From Octopus bimaculoides (taxonomy: Eukaryota), in NCBI RefSeq assembly GCF_001194135.2, contig NC_068984.1, forward strand, positions 74,857,821-74,917,130: DNA of 59,310 bases, given 5' to 3'. A model generated the notes under the pieces. It had not been told where the DNA came from and searched no databases. It was given only the letters and a program-made list of their open reading frames with translations. Positions 27,148 through 41,878 of this stretch are shown here, piece after piece. The position numbers and the translations under genes were made by a program. The stretch's first letter is position 1; each line of letters opens with the position of its first letter.

Positions 27148-28895
27148 ATGTATTGTTTTATGCATGAATATAAGTATATATGAATTTAATATAATCTTAA
27201 GTTTAACATTTTCAGGAAACATATTTATGCACATGAATGTATGGCTGAACGTAAATTTAGGTATGTACAATTTCGTGATTACTGCTTTCTTGTTTATTAA
27301 ACTATAACAATAGATGCAAATATGATGATTATGAATCATTTAAATACTAACATTCATATATAAACGACACTTGCCATTATGAACACTGATTTGACACAAG
27401 ATAGCGAAACGGAATCATTGACCAAGTCGGGAAAAAATATATGTCACTTTCCGGGTGAACGTGTTACTATTTATTTTGTGTACAGAAGGCTTGCCAATAT
27501 TTATTTAAAACGATTTTTCTGTTATTATATGGTGGTCTTGATATAATTTGGCTGAAATGGATGGTAATGGCTTTTTTATTGCTTTTGTTTCGTTTCGTTT
27601 TGTTTTTTCGGACTCATTCCGATAGTCATCGAGAGAGAAGAGATAAGATCGTCACCAACCATCTTCAAAAGATTACAAACAAAGTAGTATAGATTCCAGG
27701 AGTAAGTTGGTCCAGCAACCAACCAGAAATGACACGTATAATGGTTTCTGATAAGGTTAACTATTTTAAGAGGATGCGTTAGTTTATAGCACTGACTCCA
27801 GTACTTGACTGGTTCTTTATTTTATCAAACCTGAAAAGAAGTGATCTGGGCTGCATTTGAAGTTAGAATATAAAAAGTCGGAAGAAATATTGTAAAATTT
27901 TTTGTCCGACACTCTAATGATTCTGCCCATCTAGTGAAAAGTAAGCAAAAACATTTGCACCTTAATTTTCACCAAAATGACAAGAAAGTCAAAGAACCGT
28001 CAACAGTGAAAGAAGTGCTCAACTCTGGAGGAGATGCCATCACGACCTGAGCACAGCTTTAGTCGAAATGGCTAATGCAAATTAAAAAACTAAACCAAAA
28101 AATACATAAGGAACAAACATGTGTATGTATGTGTGTGCATGAATATTAACTGAAAAACGAACTCAAAAAGTGACAGTGATTTCAAAGTTTCGCTGGCCTT
28201 CTGTATGTAAAAGTTTCACTGGACTCACAAAAAAGGACAGTGATTTCAAAGTTTCACTGGCCTTCTGTATGTAAACATTCACCTTCTTTAGGGCAATGTA
28301 TCTGCTTACCAGAGAATTTAGTTACAAACGTTGAGATACCTTAAAACTTGGTCTGAAATAGCCGTGTTATATCCTTTTCCCTATGGCGTTTGGAAATGTT
28401 ATTACAAATCTTATAAAAGTATTTCGGTGTATAAATTCGTTTGTTTAAATTTAATTATTAGCTGTAATATTCATATTTCATTGCAAATATAAATGTCAAT
28501 GTTAGTTCAATTTTCAGTTTCATTTATAATTTCTATGACTGTCACAACTTTTCCTCTGCCAACATTTGAAAGTAATGTGTCATGTAAGTTATGAGAAACC
28601 AAGTTCATATCCTACGGATAATAGATTTTCGCTTTATGTCCTCGGGGTTGATTTGACATGTACCAGTTAAGTACTGTTGTAGACTTACTAAAATTTCTCC
28701 TTTATAAGTACAAATCAATTTTTCATATTTTAAGTCCTCATAATTTATCTTAAACACCAGAAATGACTCATGTTATTTATTTTAATTACAGATAAGAATA
28801 ATAAAGCATCTTCCAGTGGTGGTCATCCAACCAGTAAGTATATATATGTATGTGTGTGTGTATGTGTGTGTCTGTGTTTGTGTGTTTGTGTGTTT

Positions 28896-28934
<39 letters not shown>

Positions 28935-30997
28935 TGGTCCGATGGTAATCAAGCTGACCCAAAACAGCGAAAGAGATTAAAATGGACAAAAGAGAACAAC
29001 AAATTGTTGTTTCAATGTTATATTAGGAGTGAGTCAGAGAAAAGGGACTATATGAAAAGGTTACTGGAACTCTGGGAAAAAATATTATCCATATGATGAG
29101 CTGAAGGACGTGAATGAGCAAAGGTAGGCTGATCAGATAAGAAAAATTAAGATCAAAAAGTGGTTAGATAAGATAGAACAGGAGGAGATTATAATGGAAG
29201 TGCGAACGGGACTGCAGGGGACTACCTATCCAGAAGAAATACCCATGGAACAGGAAAATCTACAGAGCTTGGATAAGGAGGGAAGAAATCTGCAATGTAC
29301 TGAAGACATTAGTGTACCTTCAACTAGAGAATCGCTGGAAGAAATTAACCCAGAATTAGCTATTCTCCACGACAAAATTCTGCAAGTAATGTTTCTTGAG
29401 GAGAGGAAAAGGTTACCATCATTGAAGTCATGTGATAGGGTAAAGCTAAGATCAGAACTCAGAAAAGCGAACGAAATTGTCATGAGAGTTCCATTTAAGG
29501 ACATCACCAAGTTAGATTCCTTGATGTATGTTGCTGCTTATGTCATCATAGAGAAGATGGGAGGGCTTACAGAAAATAAACTACAGTGATACAAAGAAAC
29601 ATTCTGGAAAAAGAAAAGAAAAGAAATCATCGATACATGGTGGAAGGATTTAAATAAGATCGAGGAAGTAAGGAAAGGAAATATGAGGCTCAACGAAAGA
29701 GAACAGAAATAAATGAATAAGAAATGCCACCTGGTGGATCAGGTCTCTCCATTTATATCGGAGACGTTAAAACAAAAGAGCAAAGCGTTTCCTAACCCAG
29801 GATGAATATTGGCTTCATCACTTTGAGCCCAAAACAAAGAGATAATTCGTGCAGTAGTAACACCACTCCTCACCTACTCCAAAGAAGGCCATGTCCATTT
29901 CATCTGAAGGGAAGGTGAACTCAGTTTTTTGGAATGCAGATGCAAATGGCATTGTTTTTATTGACTATCTTCAAAAGGGTCATACCATCAATGGAGAGTA
30001 CTGTGCCAACTTGCTGAGGCAGTTACGAAAGGCTATCAAGACCAAATACCCAGAAAAACTGATGAAATGGGTCTTGTTCCATCAGGACGATATTACTGCA
30101 CACAAATTCTTGGACTGAATGGCCTCTGTGCGTAACTGTGGCTTTGTACTGGTTGATCATCCGCTTTGTTCTCCTGATTTGGTCGCCTCTGACTATCATC
30201 TGCTCCCCAGCATGAAAAAAAAAACACTTGACTAGGAGCCAATATCGCAGTGATGGTGAGTCACATCTGCTAGTGATGACTTTTTTGACCAACTTGATGA
30301 AACCTCGTCACCAACGCGATCCAAGAACTGCAATATCGTTGGAAGGAGTGTGTGAACTGCAAGGGGGACTATGTTGAAAAATAGACTTCATTTGATCACA
30401 TTCCATGAGAGTATCTTAGTCAGCCTTTAAACCTTTCAGTCGGCCCTCGCAGAACTTAGTTCATTAAATAACCAACCCTGACTTGCTTCAAGCCTTATTG
30501 GATTTCTTGAAGTCAATTTTATGTATCGGCAATAGACCCGTTAGATATAAGCCACTCCCGCTGTATTAAAGAAGAGATGGGTGATGTCCAACACAAAGGG
30601 TATCCTTGAAAATATTGAATCAATTATATATCTCCGCTATAAATATGTCCCGATTTTGCATTACTTAAAACTTATCATAAATTGTCTTAAACATCAGAAA
30701 TGGTTAATGTTATTTTTTTTTAATTACAGAGAAGTATAAACAAATCGCTGCCGCCGCTAGAAACGAAGCCGGTAAGTTGACATATCTTTATCTTTTATCT
30801 TTTACTTGTTTCAGTGAGTAGACAGTGGCCATGCTGGAGCACCACCTACAAAGGTTTACTCAAGCAAATCGGCCCCAAAACCTAATTTTTTAGGGCTGAT
30901 ACGTATTCTATCGGCCTCTTTCATTATGTGTGTGGGTGGGGAGACAAACACACACACACACACACACACAAATTTGTGTGTGTGTATGTGTCTCTGT

Positions 30998-31045
<48 letters not shown>

Positions 31046-34000
31046 ATTTGCGCGCGCGCGACGGGTTATGCTCAATTTCCGTAGACGCAATCCACTCATG
31101 AGGCTTTGTTCGGCCCGAGTCCAATAGCAGAAGACTTTCCCAAGGTGCAACGCAGTTGGACTGAACTCGGAGCCATAAGATTGGGACGCAAAAGTGTTTC
31201 CATACAGCCACGCCAGCACCTGTGTATATGTTTCACATAATCTAACATTTTAACATATCGATAGAAAAAAAAGATCAGTAATTACATGAGAGTACGTACG
31301 CTTGAATGCTGAAAATGACCTTCCTCTGTCTATCTTGGCACAGACAAAGATCCAGTGCACACAATTAATCATCGTGCATTCCTTTGAAATTTAGTGATAT
31401 AGAGTCACCATCATTAACTTAGTGCATGATGACGTAGTAGTCTGTAATTAAACCTTTTACCTTCGTTCAATATGGATGAAAAGAATGAGAAGAAAATTCA
31501 TTAGCGTTGAAGATTGTTCAGAAAAGTAAAGGCTACAACTAGGAAATCTAAATTGAATAATAATTGAGCATATAACCAATTGTTGCAGATTCCCGATTCT
31601 CGCTTTTTTTTCTTTTTACAACCTAATTAACAAATAAGTTCTTAGTAATTCTTTAGTTTTAACTACTCTTTACTAACCTCGGTCCTTTGCTAACCCATTT
31701 TCTTTTCCTCCTCCACCCACTGCCTAAATTTATTGAATGTTCATCTGCGTTGTTGCATAATGCCTCTGTTGCCCTCCTTTCTCACTCATCTCCGTCCTCC
31801 CATGACCTAGCCTTCAACCCGTTCTTCTATTTCAACTTACCTAGAGAGTGTTACAAATGTTGATTATCCTTCCCTCACAGTTTACTTCCTCTCATATCGT
31901 ACTGCCCACCGACAACTCAAATCATCTGCTACACCAATCATACCTCTTCTCATATTACTTATTCAAACTCCCACTTTATTCACATCACCTCCCAAAATAC
32001 TTGCATCCTATCACATTAGCTTTCCCCATTCTCTATTCGCATCAACCTTTTCACTCCTTCACTTCGTTCATTTTGTTTGCTTATTTGAAGTTCTGCAACT
32101 TAGGCGATAATGCAGCTTCGTTCTTTCTCTCCAAAATCTTCAAGACTCCAAAACATTGGATCTTTTTACTCCCCATCATGACAAGTCAATTCATTGGAAC
32201 TCTTCTACAATTTTTTATTCAATATAAGTTGCCTTTCTTTTTATAAATAGCATATATCTTCCTCTTTTAGGTTCTTCCAGACAAAAGGGAAAGAGAAAAA
32301 GTAAGTTGATATATTTATATATGTATACAGAGAGATAGACAGATATGAATGCATGCATATATTAATGTGCATACACACATACATGAAATTTGATAGTATT
32401 TTAGAATGTCTAATGGAATTTAAAATTATTTTTAAGCATTTGTGTACATTTTTTCCATATANNNNNNNNNNNNNNNNNNNNNNNNNNNNNNNNNNNNNNN
32501 NNNNNNNNNNNNNNNNNNNNNNNNNNNNNNNNNNNNNNNNNNNNNNNNNNNNNNNNNNNNNNNNNNNNNNNNNNNNNNNNNNNNNNNNNNNNNNNNNNNN
32601 NNNNNNNNNNNNNNNNNNNNNNNNNNNNNNNNNNNNNNNNNTTATATATATATGTGTATATATATTTTTATATACATATATATACCGGGTGGTCAAAACT
32701 CACTTGACAGTAAATCAAAATTCCAAATATACTATCGGTAATTCTGTATTGACTCGAATGGGGAAATGTGTCGCTCAAGAAGGACTTCAGTTTGAACTAT
32801 TTTCATGATGTTTCATATTTAGACGCTTTTATTAAATTCATTCAGTTGTTAATCATAAATAAATTTTGGAATTAAATGGTTTTGATTTACTGTCAGGTAT
32901 ATATCAGTTCATGCCATAAGTTCTGTCCGAGTTTACCTTTTATAAAATTGAATGAAATTTAATAGTATTTTAGAATGTCTATTGGAATTAAAAAATATTT
33001 TTATGCATTTGTGTACATTTAAACTAATTGAATATTATTTTACAGAATAATAGAATTAAAATTCTTTTGATTAAAACCTTTTCTAACATGGAAGTATCCA
33101 AAGAGTATTTAAGGCACATACTGCTTTATGAGTACAAAAAAGGAAACTCTGCAGCCAAAGCAACTCTAAACATACACTTAGTTTATGTGAACGAATGTTT
33201 GAATGAAAACTTGCAGAAGATGGTTTGCAAAATTCAGAAGTAGAGATTTCAGCCTTGAAGATTAAAATCCAGTTGAGTTTGATGATAAGCTCCTTGAGGC
33301 ATTACTTGAAGAAAATCTTGCATTATCAGTTGAAGAATTGGCAATAAGGCTCAGTTCAAACCATACAACTGTTCATCGTCATCTTCAACAACTTGGAAAG
33401 GTTCCTAAACTTGGAAAATGAGTGCCTCATGAATTGTCCGAAAGCAACCGCAAATCTCTAGTTGACATCTGCTCTTCTCTCCATTCTCGCGAACACATTT
33501 CACCCTTTTTGGATAGACTTGTGACTGGTGGCGAAAAATGAATCTTCTATCGAAATGTAAAATGACGTAGACAGTGGCTTGGTAAAAGGGAAAAACTCAA
33601 CCACAACCGAAAAGGGAACTTCATGAGGAAAAGGTTCTTCTCTCTATCTGGTGGGATTGCAAAGGAGTAATTCATTTTGAACTGTTACCACCTAATGCAA
33701 CAATCAATGCTCAAGTCTATTGTCAGCAATTAGAGCGACTGAACCAAGCTTTGAAGGAAAAAAAACCCGCTTTAGTGAATCGAAAAGGAGTGATGTTTCA
33801 TCAAGACAATGCACGGCCGCACACTGCAAAGATCACATCACAGAAGATCGAAGAGTTCGGTTGGGAAAAATTTCCTCATCCACCTTATTCTCCCGACCTT
33901 GCTCCTTCAGACTACCATTTGTTTCGTAGTTTACAGAATCATTTGGGGGACATAACTTTCCCAGGAGGAGGTCGAAACTGACATTTCAGAGTTCTTCGCT

Positions 34001-36015
34001 TTGAAACCAAAAGAGTTTTACATTGATGGGATTAAAAAGCTTGTAAATAGATGGAAGGAACTCATAGATAATCAGGGAAAGTACATTGATGATTAAATTT
34101 CAATTAAATATAACATTTGATCACTTGTTTTCTTTATTCAAAATTCGGACAGAACTTATGGGATGACCTGATATATAAGTGCATTTCAGATGTTTTGAGG
34201 CGTTTTTTTTTCTTTTTATGAGAGACAGGTATAACTGTCCTAGCCTAGATTATTGTAATTTTAGTATATCATTAGTATACATCTAATAAGATGGCATACC
34301 ATCTTTTGTTATTCCAAATTGAAGGAGATAGGTGTAATACTCCCTACTAGACACTGCTTGTCACGGCTCACTAGTTTGCAGAATGCAATCGGGACGTATA
34401 GAAGGTCATGATGTATTAGAGTTTTGTATTAAACTGGCCAAAAATGCTACAGAAACTTATGAAATGCTCCGGAAACTTGTTAAATGCTCCAGACTGCTTA
34501 TGGATTAATTTTTGCATTGTTACAAGAGGCTCAAGGTCGGCAGGTAGGAGGTGAGAGACGATGAGGCGTGTGGGAGGGAGAGAGATGTCACAACATCAAT
34601 GGTCGTTGAGACAATTCACAATTTCCTGCTTGAAGACATTTGCGAGTCTGTAAACTTATGAAAAGTTTTGTTTCCAGGGTGCTCAGTGATGAGCATCACA
34701 AGTGCAGTGAAGTCGGAGGATGGTAATTCGAAGGAGACTAGGGACTTGTACTTCTTTGAAATTAATAAATATCTCTCATTAAAATGTTTAAAAACTTCTG
34801 GAATGCACCCCGTGCACATGTGTGTATGTGTGTGCATGTGTGTGTGTGTGTGTGTGTGGGTGTGGGTGTGGGTGTGGGGTGTGTGTGTGGGGGGGGTGCC
34901 CTCATATATCATCTGAGTGGCTGTTCAGCAAGAAATTGCAGAATCCTCATCCGTCGTCTAACGGTAAGAGAGTCCCTAATAATATGTGTGCATGTATGTA
35001 TATACAGGGCCAAAATTAGCGCCCCAATTTATATGTGTCTGTTAGTTCTGTCGTTTTTTGATGCATACTGTTATTATTTCTATATGTCATTGATTATTCG
35101 ACGTGTCGAATTTTGTGAGAGAATGCTGGCAGAAGCCAGAGATTTCAGATTTTTTGATCGAATTATTTTCTCTGATGAAGCAACCGTCCATGTTTCCGGT
35201 CACATCAACCGCCATAACTGCTTCTGTTATTCAGAAGATGACCCTGAAGTGGGGGAAAAGCAATTCACCTTCTCTTGTCATTTGGGCGGCGATATCATCT
35301 TTAGGAATTTGTGCATTCCATATTCAGCGAGAGACGATGAATGGTGATCGTTATCTGGCGTTGTATTTTCGATATCGTCATTCCAAAATCTTTGTGCAAG
35401 ATAGAGCACCTCTTAATTATGACAAACGTGTGAGAAACTTCCTCGATCAGCACCTACGAAATCGTTGGATTGGACGTCGTGGCAACTTTTGTGAATATCC
35501 AGCAAAGTCTCTGGACTCAACTCCGTGTGACTTTGTTCTCTGGAGATACCTCAGAGATCAAGTCTACAAGGAAATGGTCCATATTTTGAACCAATTGGAA
35601 CAAGTAACTGTATTTCTCAGTCAACTATCTGAACAAATGTGTCGAAATATATTCGCTAGTTTGGCCAGACGTTACGAAATACATTCGCTAGTTTGGCCAG
35701 ACGTTAGCAACGAACGGACGTCACTTTGAATGACATGTCAAATTGTTCTCTTCGTGCTTCATGTAAGATTTATGGGTGTATTATATGTTAATTTTTTGTT
35801 TTTTTCATTTTCATTACATTTCATGTATTTTTTCAAAAACTCAAGTTGGGACATTAATTTTGGCTCACCCTATATATATTCACAATTTAGGTAAGTTGAA
35901 ATATGTTTGTCACATATTTCAACTGCTAAAGGCAAATACACTGCAGTTACCGCGGAGAAGCATATTTCAACTAACCTAAATTGTGCTTATACGTAAACAC
36001 TGCTTAGCGACTTTT

Positions 36016-36096
<81 letters not shown>

Positions 36097-39000
36097 TATG
36101 TGTGTGTATACATACATATAAGATATAGTATGTGTGTATGGGGTGAGAGAGAGAGTGATTGAACTGTGTTCGCAGATTGTCTTAAACTGTAAATATCTTG
36201 CCTTGTTATACAATATCTTTATGAACAATAAAGAAAGAAGGATCAGCCGGTCTTATTTCAGTTTTTCCATTGGTATCTCATCAGTGTCTGCGAAGTAAAT
36301 CGATTATTCTGATTCGGATATAATAATGCATTCTTCGCTGCTAATTCGATTAATAATTATTGACATGTTAACACTTTTTTAAATAATGCTTTAATGTACT
36401 TCTACAGAATAACACCAGAATTTTTTATGTGAGGTTTGTTTTGGGTCAACTCTTTGGGTGTAATAGAAATTAAATTGGTGTTCCAAACCGATTGAAACTA
36501 CTTAGGATGACTCCACTCCGATTGGACAATAGATATTTTATTTGATATATAAGTAATTCTTAAAGCAGCGAGCTTTTAGAATCGTTACTGCGCTGGACAA
36601 AATTTTAGCGGCATACCCTAAGCACTAAGTCACGCGCCTCCAACATGTATGCATTAGGTAGATGTAAAGATTACATAATGTAGATTTTTGCATCTTTCAA
36701 CGATATTTTGATCCTCTAAACCTGCGCCCTCGTTTCGTATAATTTTGTAATTCACGGCAAAAATAGTTATCAATCGATATATGTTGAGAGTATATGAACG
36801 TTCAGCTTTATATTTTCAAGGTAAGTGTGTAGTGAAGATATAATTAGGTTCGCTGGGAAGAATAAGCGACTGTAAATACCACAGGTTTACAATCAAGGAT
36901 ATATGAATGTTCAACGGCAATATTCTCATGTGGATTGTACGTTAGTAACATAATAGGATCAACAACTATTTTCTCGCCATGGAAATATATTATATCCGAA
37001 GCGATTATGTTATGTTGTGATTGTGTTATGCGATTGTGTTATGATGCTACGAAAGATAACTAAATAAGCACGTCCCCACTGGAAAGTATTTTCTAAGTCC
37101 TAAGAGTTCGTACTAAATATAGTTTATAATAAATAAAGTGTATAAAATATACAATAGTGTTTATGATCTATAGTTGGTAATTACTTTTATCAAAGTTATT
37201 AAAGGTTCATTTTATGTTTAACAATTGTTAGAGCGCCGGAAAATGCTTTGCAGATTTGTTCCAGTTCTTCACATTCTGAGTCAACTTCCTTCCAAATGAG
37301 TACCAGGACCGATTTAACCAACAACGCCATTCGCCCTCAAAATTTCAGACTCTGTCCCTGTGTAAACTATCATTATTTACCTAGAAATGGTAAAACTCAT
37401 GATTAGAGTTGCTTATCAGCATTAGCTCCCAAATATTATGCTGTATTCTTAATTTACGTCTCAACGCTTGTTCTTTCAATTTTCCACTAGCCTACAGAAA
37501 TAAATTTTCAGAAATTTATGAACATAATTACTTTACGCAAGCTGAAATCTAACAAATGTATAAATATAATCATTCTGATGAGTTTTACTTTGTAGTAGTT
37601 TTTAATCGAAACATATCTTCTGAAATAAAATAATTTTGCTTGCTATTTTTCAGTGTCCAAAACGGAGGAGTTCATTACTTCCAATGAAAATGGTATGCCA
37701 ATAAATCCATTTCTACAGTATTTATAATTGTATTCTGAGATGAAAAAGAATTTTCAGAAAATTTATCTTCTTCCCTGTAAAACCTAGATGCAACAATATT
37801 TTGTCTTATAAGTATTGATTAATAACATAGACAACAGTTTTTGGCTTTTAAGGCAATAATTCAGGCCGTCTTCTAATATAAACAAAACATACGTGTCTTT
37901 AGAAAGCAAAGATTTATGTTACCCAATACCTAAAGTACAAGTTCTCTAATTTTTCAGGAAGGGTACAGCTGACTATATGGGCCAGAGAATTTGGAAAGTA
38001 CTTATCTTATCCGGAAGTGATCATCCTGGTAGATTTTACTTTCATGTAGTCTTCATCAGTTCTTATTAAAACATTAAAAAATGCCTACTTTCTATTTTCA
38101 GAGCCCGAACGTGTGGGACAATCAACAACCAATGAAAATGGTGCGTTAATAATTCATTTATACTATATTTGTCATTGCATTCTGAGAGTAAAGAGAATTT
38201 GTAGAAAATATATCTTATAAAACCTAAATGCATCATTATCTTCTCTTATTGATATAGATTTGTAACTGACAAAAGATACTTGGATTTGTAAGGCAATAAT
38301 TCAAACCTATTTCTTACATAGGCAAAAACTTTGTCTTTGTAAAACAACCATTTGTACTGATTCATGGCAAAAAAACTCAGAATCTCAAACTTTCGAACAG
38401 GGTTATTGTCGATTACATCCCCTTGGCCAGTACTTTGATTTTAACGATTTCGAAATCATAAAAGGATTTGAATCAGAACTTAAAAGGCAATAATTAAATA
38501 TCAAAGCGCATTTTGGCTGACGATCTACCGATTTTGCGCAATTAAGGCTGGGGGATTACTGTGGATTTCTAACAATGACAAGATACTGATATATTTGTAA
38601 GGCAAGGATTAAAGTTGATTACAAATACAGACCTAACGTTGATGTCTTTGTAAGATAATAATAGATAATGTTATCTAACTCAAACACTAGCAACAGAGGC
38701 AAAGACCACCAGTGAATTGCTAATACTTGCTTCAGCTCACCCAGCGAAATTGGAACACAAAACCTACAGAGGTGAAGTTAAATACTGCAAACTCTCCTAT
38801 TAGGCAGATCTATCGGTTCCATCAACCAGAGCAGTCAGAGAAATACTAAATACTAGCAGAGTTACCCAGCGTTGCCTAGATGTCAAACATGTAGAAACAG
38901 TTTTGGTAAACTTGAACGGTTTAACTTCTGGACAATTTTACGTAGCGCTTTTTTGTGTTACCATGTTTGCATATATTTTTATTGTAATACAGATACATGT

Positions 39001-39900
39001 TTAAAGTTGAGCTTTTTATGATTTTTATGATGAAGAAACTTTTGAGACCGTCTATTGATAATTTTAATTTAGTGAGTTAGCATCTTTAAGTCTAACTTAT
39101 ATAGTTACACGACATAAAACAGAAGCAATTCTACGAGAAATGTCGGACGCTGACACTCGTTGATGCTGCATCGAAGAGGCCAGGGAATAGAAGAAAGAAG
39201 ACATGCACCCAACACCAGAGCTGAAGACACCTCCGAAAGGGGGGGGGGGGCGCCACGTCAAAACGGTAGAGGAGTAGGGGCCGAAACCGGACGTGGTTCC
39301 TCCTGATGATGTCTTGAGCTAACTGGATCCTATAAAGGAGCTGTTGTGGTAGCAGACCACGAAATATGGTTGAAATTCCTCAGCAAAGCCTACAAAAATA
39401 ATATGTCTTTATGCAGTTTGGTGCTCTGATGAAAAGATAACTGCTTTGAGGATCACATGAGCATGCAAGATAGTGTTGCACGTGAGAAAAATACGGACTC
39501 GTAAGTTCAACTCCAGAAACCTTGAGGAACTGCTTGTGAGACTCATTAATGGTCAAAAAAAATAAATCAGATATTGAAGCGCTATCGTTTTTTAAGTTCA
39601 TAATTCAAAACTTCATATCTTATAATGACAAAATTAAAATCATCAATAAAGATCCCCGAATGCATTATACATCATAGAAACCAGAAAATATTTAACCATA
39701 GACATGTGGATTCATTGAAAAATATGTGCAAATATAATCAAAAACAGATCCACTATATAAAACCTTTCTATAACTTAAGTCATTTAATTTTAATAAAAAA
39801 AACTTTTACACATTTAGCACCCAGGTATTGTCAGATACCCCAGTTAGTACATTTTAGATATGTAATTTTGAAAACGATAGTATATTTTTGGAACAACGCT

Positions 39901-39993
<93 letters not shown>

Positions 39994-41878
39994 AAACTTA
40001 GGGAATAATATGTATTCCAGGTTATCAGGACATTTATTATTTTACACTTTACTAATGCAATGTAAACAGTATCACTTATAATATTACAAATTTGGGCTTT
40101 TACCAATAGAACCACCACTCCTATTTCAGGACAACCTTATTGTCTGGAATACACATAGAAAGTTATATACTGATAAAATAATATAAGCATTTTAAAACCT
40201 ACTATGAAGTACAATATAATTATTTTAAAAGCTTATTTATGATATATTTGAAAAAATATATATACCTTACCTGTTATTAGTCTGTGGGGAAAAAAGATTT
40301 TTTAATCAACGCTACACGTGTTTCTGCGCTGGTGGTGTGTTTTTCCAGGCTATACCTATTACATAAATCCACCAGTGTGTCCTCAGGCTATTTATTTTAT
40401 TGTTATTATTATTAACGGGTCAAAGTTAAAACTACATATTCTAATACATAATAAATAGAAAAATAAGAATATGAATAAAAATATAATAAAAATATATAAC
40501 TTACAAATATATTTTTTTAAATTAAAAAATGAAATAATTAGAATATTTTTAAATTAACAAATTAGTAAAGATTAATAAAAATTAAACACTTAAAAATACA
40601 ATACCGATGTATCTAGAAAATGCTAAACATAAAGTAACCCTCAACGACTTTATTATAAGCACAACAAAATTCCACTACCTGTCTATATAAACATTACAGG
40701 AATTAATAATTTAGTGTAAGATTTACCTCTATCTATACAAGTATAAATTGCCATTTGTATGTCAAACGTAAGTTAATAGTAATTATAAATAAAAACCTCT
40801 ATATACGTTGTAAATTTATTGAATAAAACTACTAAATGAATCTAGTAAACCAAATTAACAAAGGAAAAATACTTATCGACATAATGTTTACTCCATCTCG
40901 TTCCTGTGCAAATGGTTGCTCCCTCTGTCGTGCGCTAAGTATTATGGGAATAATATCAATAAAATAAACTGCTCGGAAAAATTCTCTGAGACTAATAATA
41001 TTAGAGAGGTTAAATTCAAGGGGAGATTATAACAAGATACTCTACAATCTTGCTATAATTGGATTTTTTCTAGTGTTTAAGATATAGAGATTTATATTAT
41101 ATTAAATGTGGCCTGCCTATTCCTTTTAAGGTAATATTCTTTAAATATATTCTTGGTTCTTGGTATATCCATATCTAATACTATTATATAATTCTATTAT
41201 AACTACATTTAACTATCTTCCTCGTAATCGTTTAAGAGATTATATGCGAGGGGAGGTTATAATTTTATATATTTTTCATTTTATTATACGTAAATTTAAT
41301 CTTATGCCGGCATTTTAATTCCTCTATCTTCAATACTGTTCAGTAATACATCTCTCGACTGGAGTATTTTTATAAACTCAGTTGTGCATACTAAGCACAT
41401 TTTATTACCTATTCTATATGACTTCGCTCTACTAATGACATTCCAATTGAGGGTGTATTCTATTTTCTCAGATTTCAACTCCCATATGTATTTATTCAGA
41501 CTTATTTAATATGTATTAGAATATGTAGTTTTAACTTTGATCTGTTAATAATAATAACAATAAGATAAATAGCCTGAGGACACACTGGCGGATTTATGTA
41601 ATAGGTATAACCTGGAAGAGCACACCACCAGGGCAGAACAACGTGTAGCGTTGATTAAAAATATCTTCTTTCCCCACAGACTAATAACAGGTAAGGTATA
41701 TATATTTTTTCAAGTATATTATAAATAAGCTTTTAAAATAATTTTATTGTACTTTATAGTAGGTTCTAAAATGCTTATATTATTTTATTATTTTATAGGA
41801 TATAACTTTCTGTGTATTCCAGACAATAAGGTTGTCCTGAAATAGGAGTGGTGGTTCTATTGGTAAAATCCCAAATTT

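Larger units (their letters stand above)
37570..38360 (+). repeat. Older tandem duplication, period about 448 bp, carrying E11 and E12
   Basis: Shared intronic motifs ttttacttt, attctgaga, agaaaat.tatctt, aaaaccta.atgca, taaggcaataattca. Confidence 0.85.

Noticed and set aside
32281-32300. Inner acceptor gttcttccag within E10
   Set aside because: Would give a 20-nt frameshifting exon; the upstream AG gives the symmetric 30-nt form
32385-32455. Short duplicate of the mariner 5' region (32960-33020) just before a gap
   Set aside because: Cannot distinguish a second truncated copy from an assembly artefact at the gap edge
36408-36433. Good acceptor (tacttctacag) with donor gtttgt
   Set aside because: 26 nt and not symmetric; immediate stop in phase 1; no other support for a terminal exon
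37958-38028. Possible exon (..DYMGQRIWKVLILSGSDHP) between E11 and E12
   Set aside because: Weak gtagat donor; its 3' part aligns with intronic sequence upstream of E11 in the 448-bp duplication
39120-39620. GC-richer island with CTGAAGA/GAAA and CTGATGA words and a VPQG-like RT motif on the minus strand
   Set aside because: The hammerhead elements are in the wrong order or lack stems, and the RT similarity is too short to call; probably a decayed retroelement
40460-41500. Very AT-rich segment suspected to be a mitochondrial insertion (NUMT)
   Set aside because: No recognisable mitochondrial gene, tRNA or rRNA motif; it lies between the TIRs of a fold-back element
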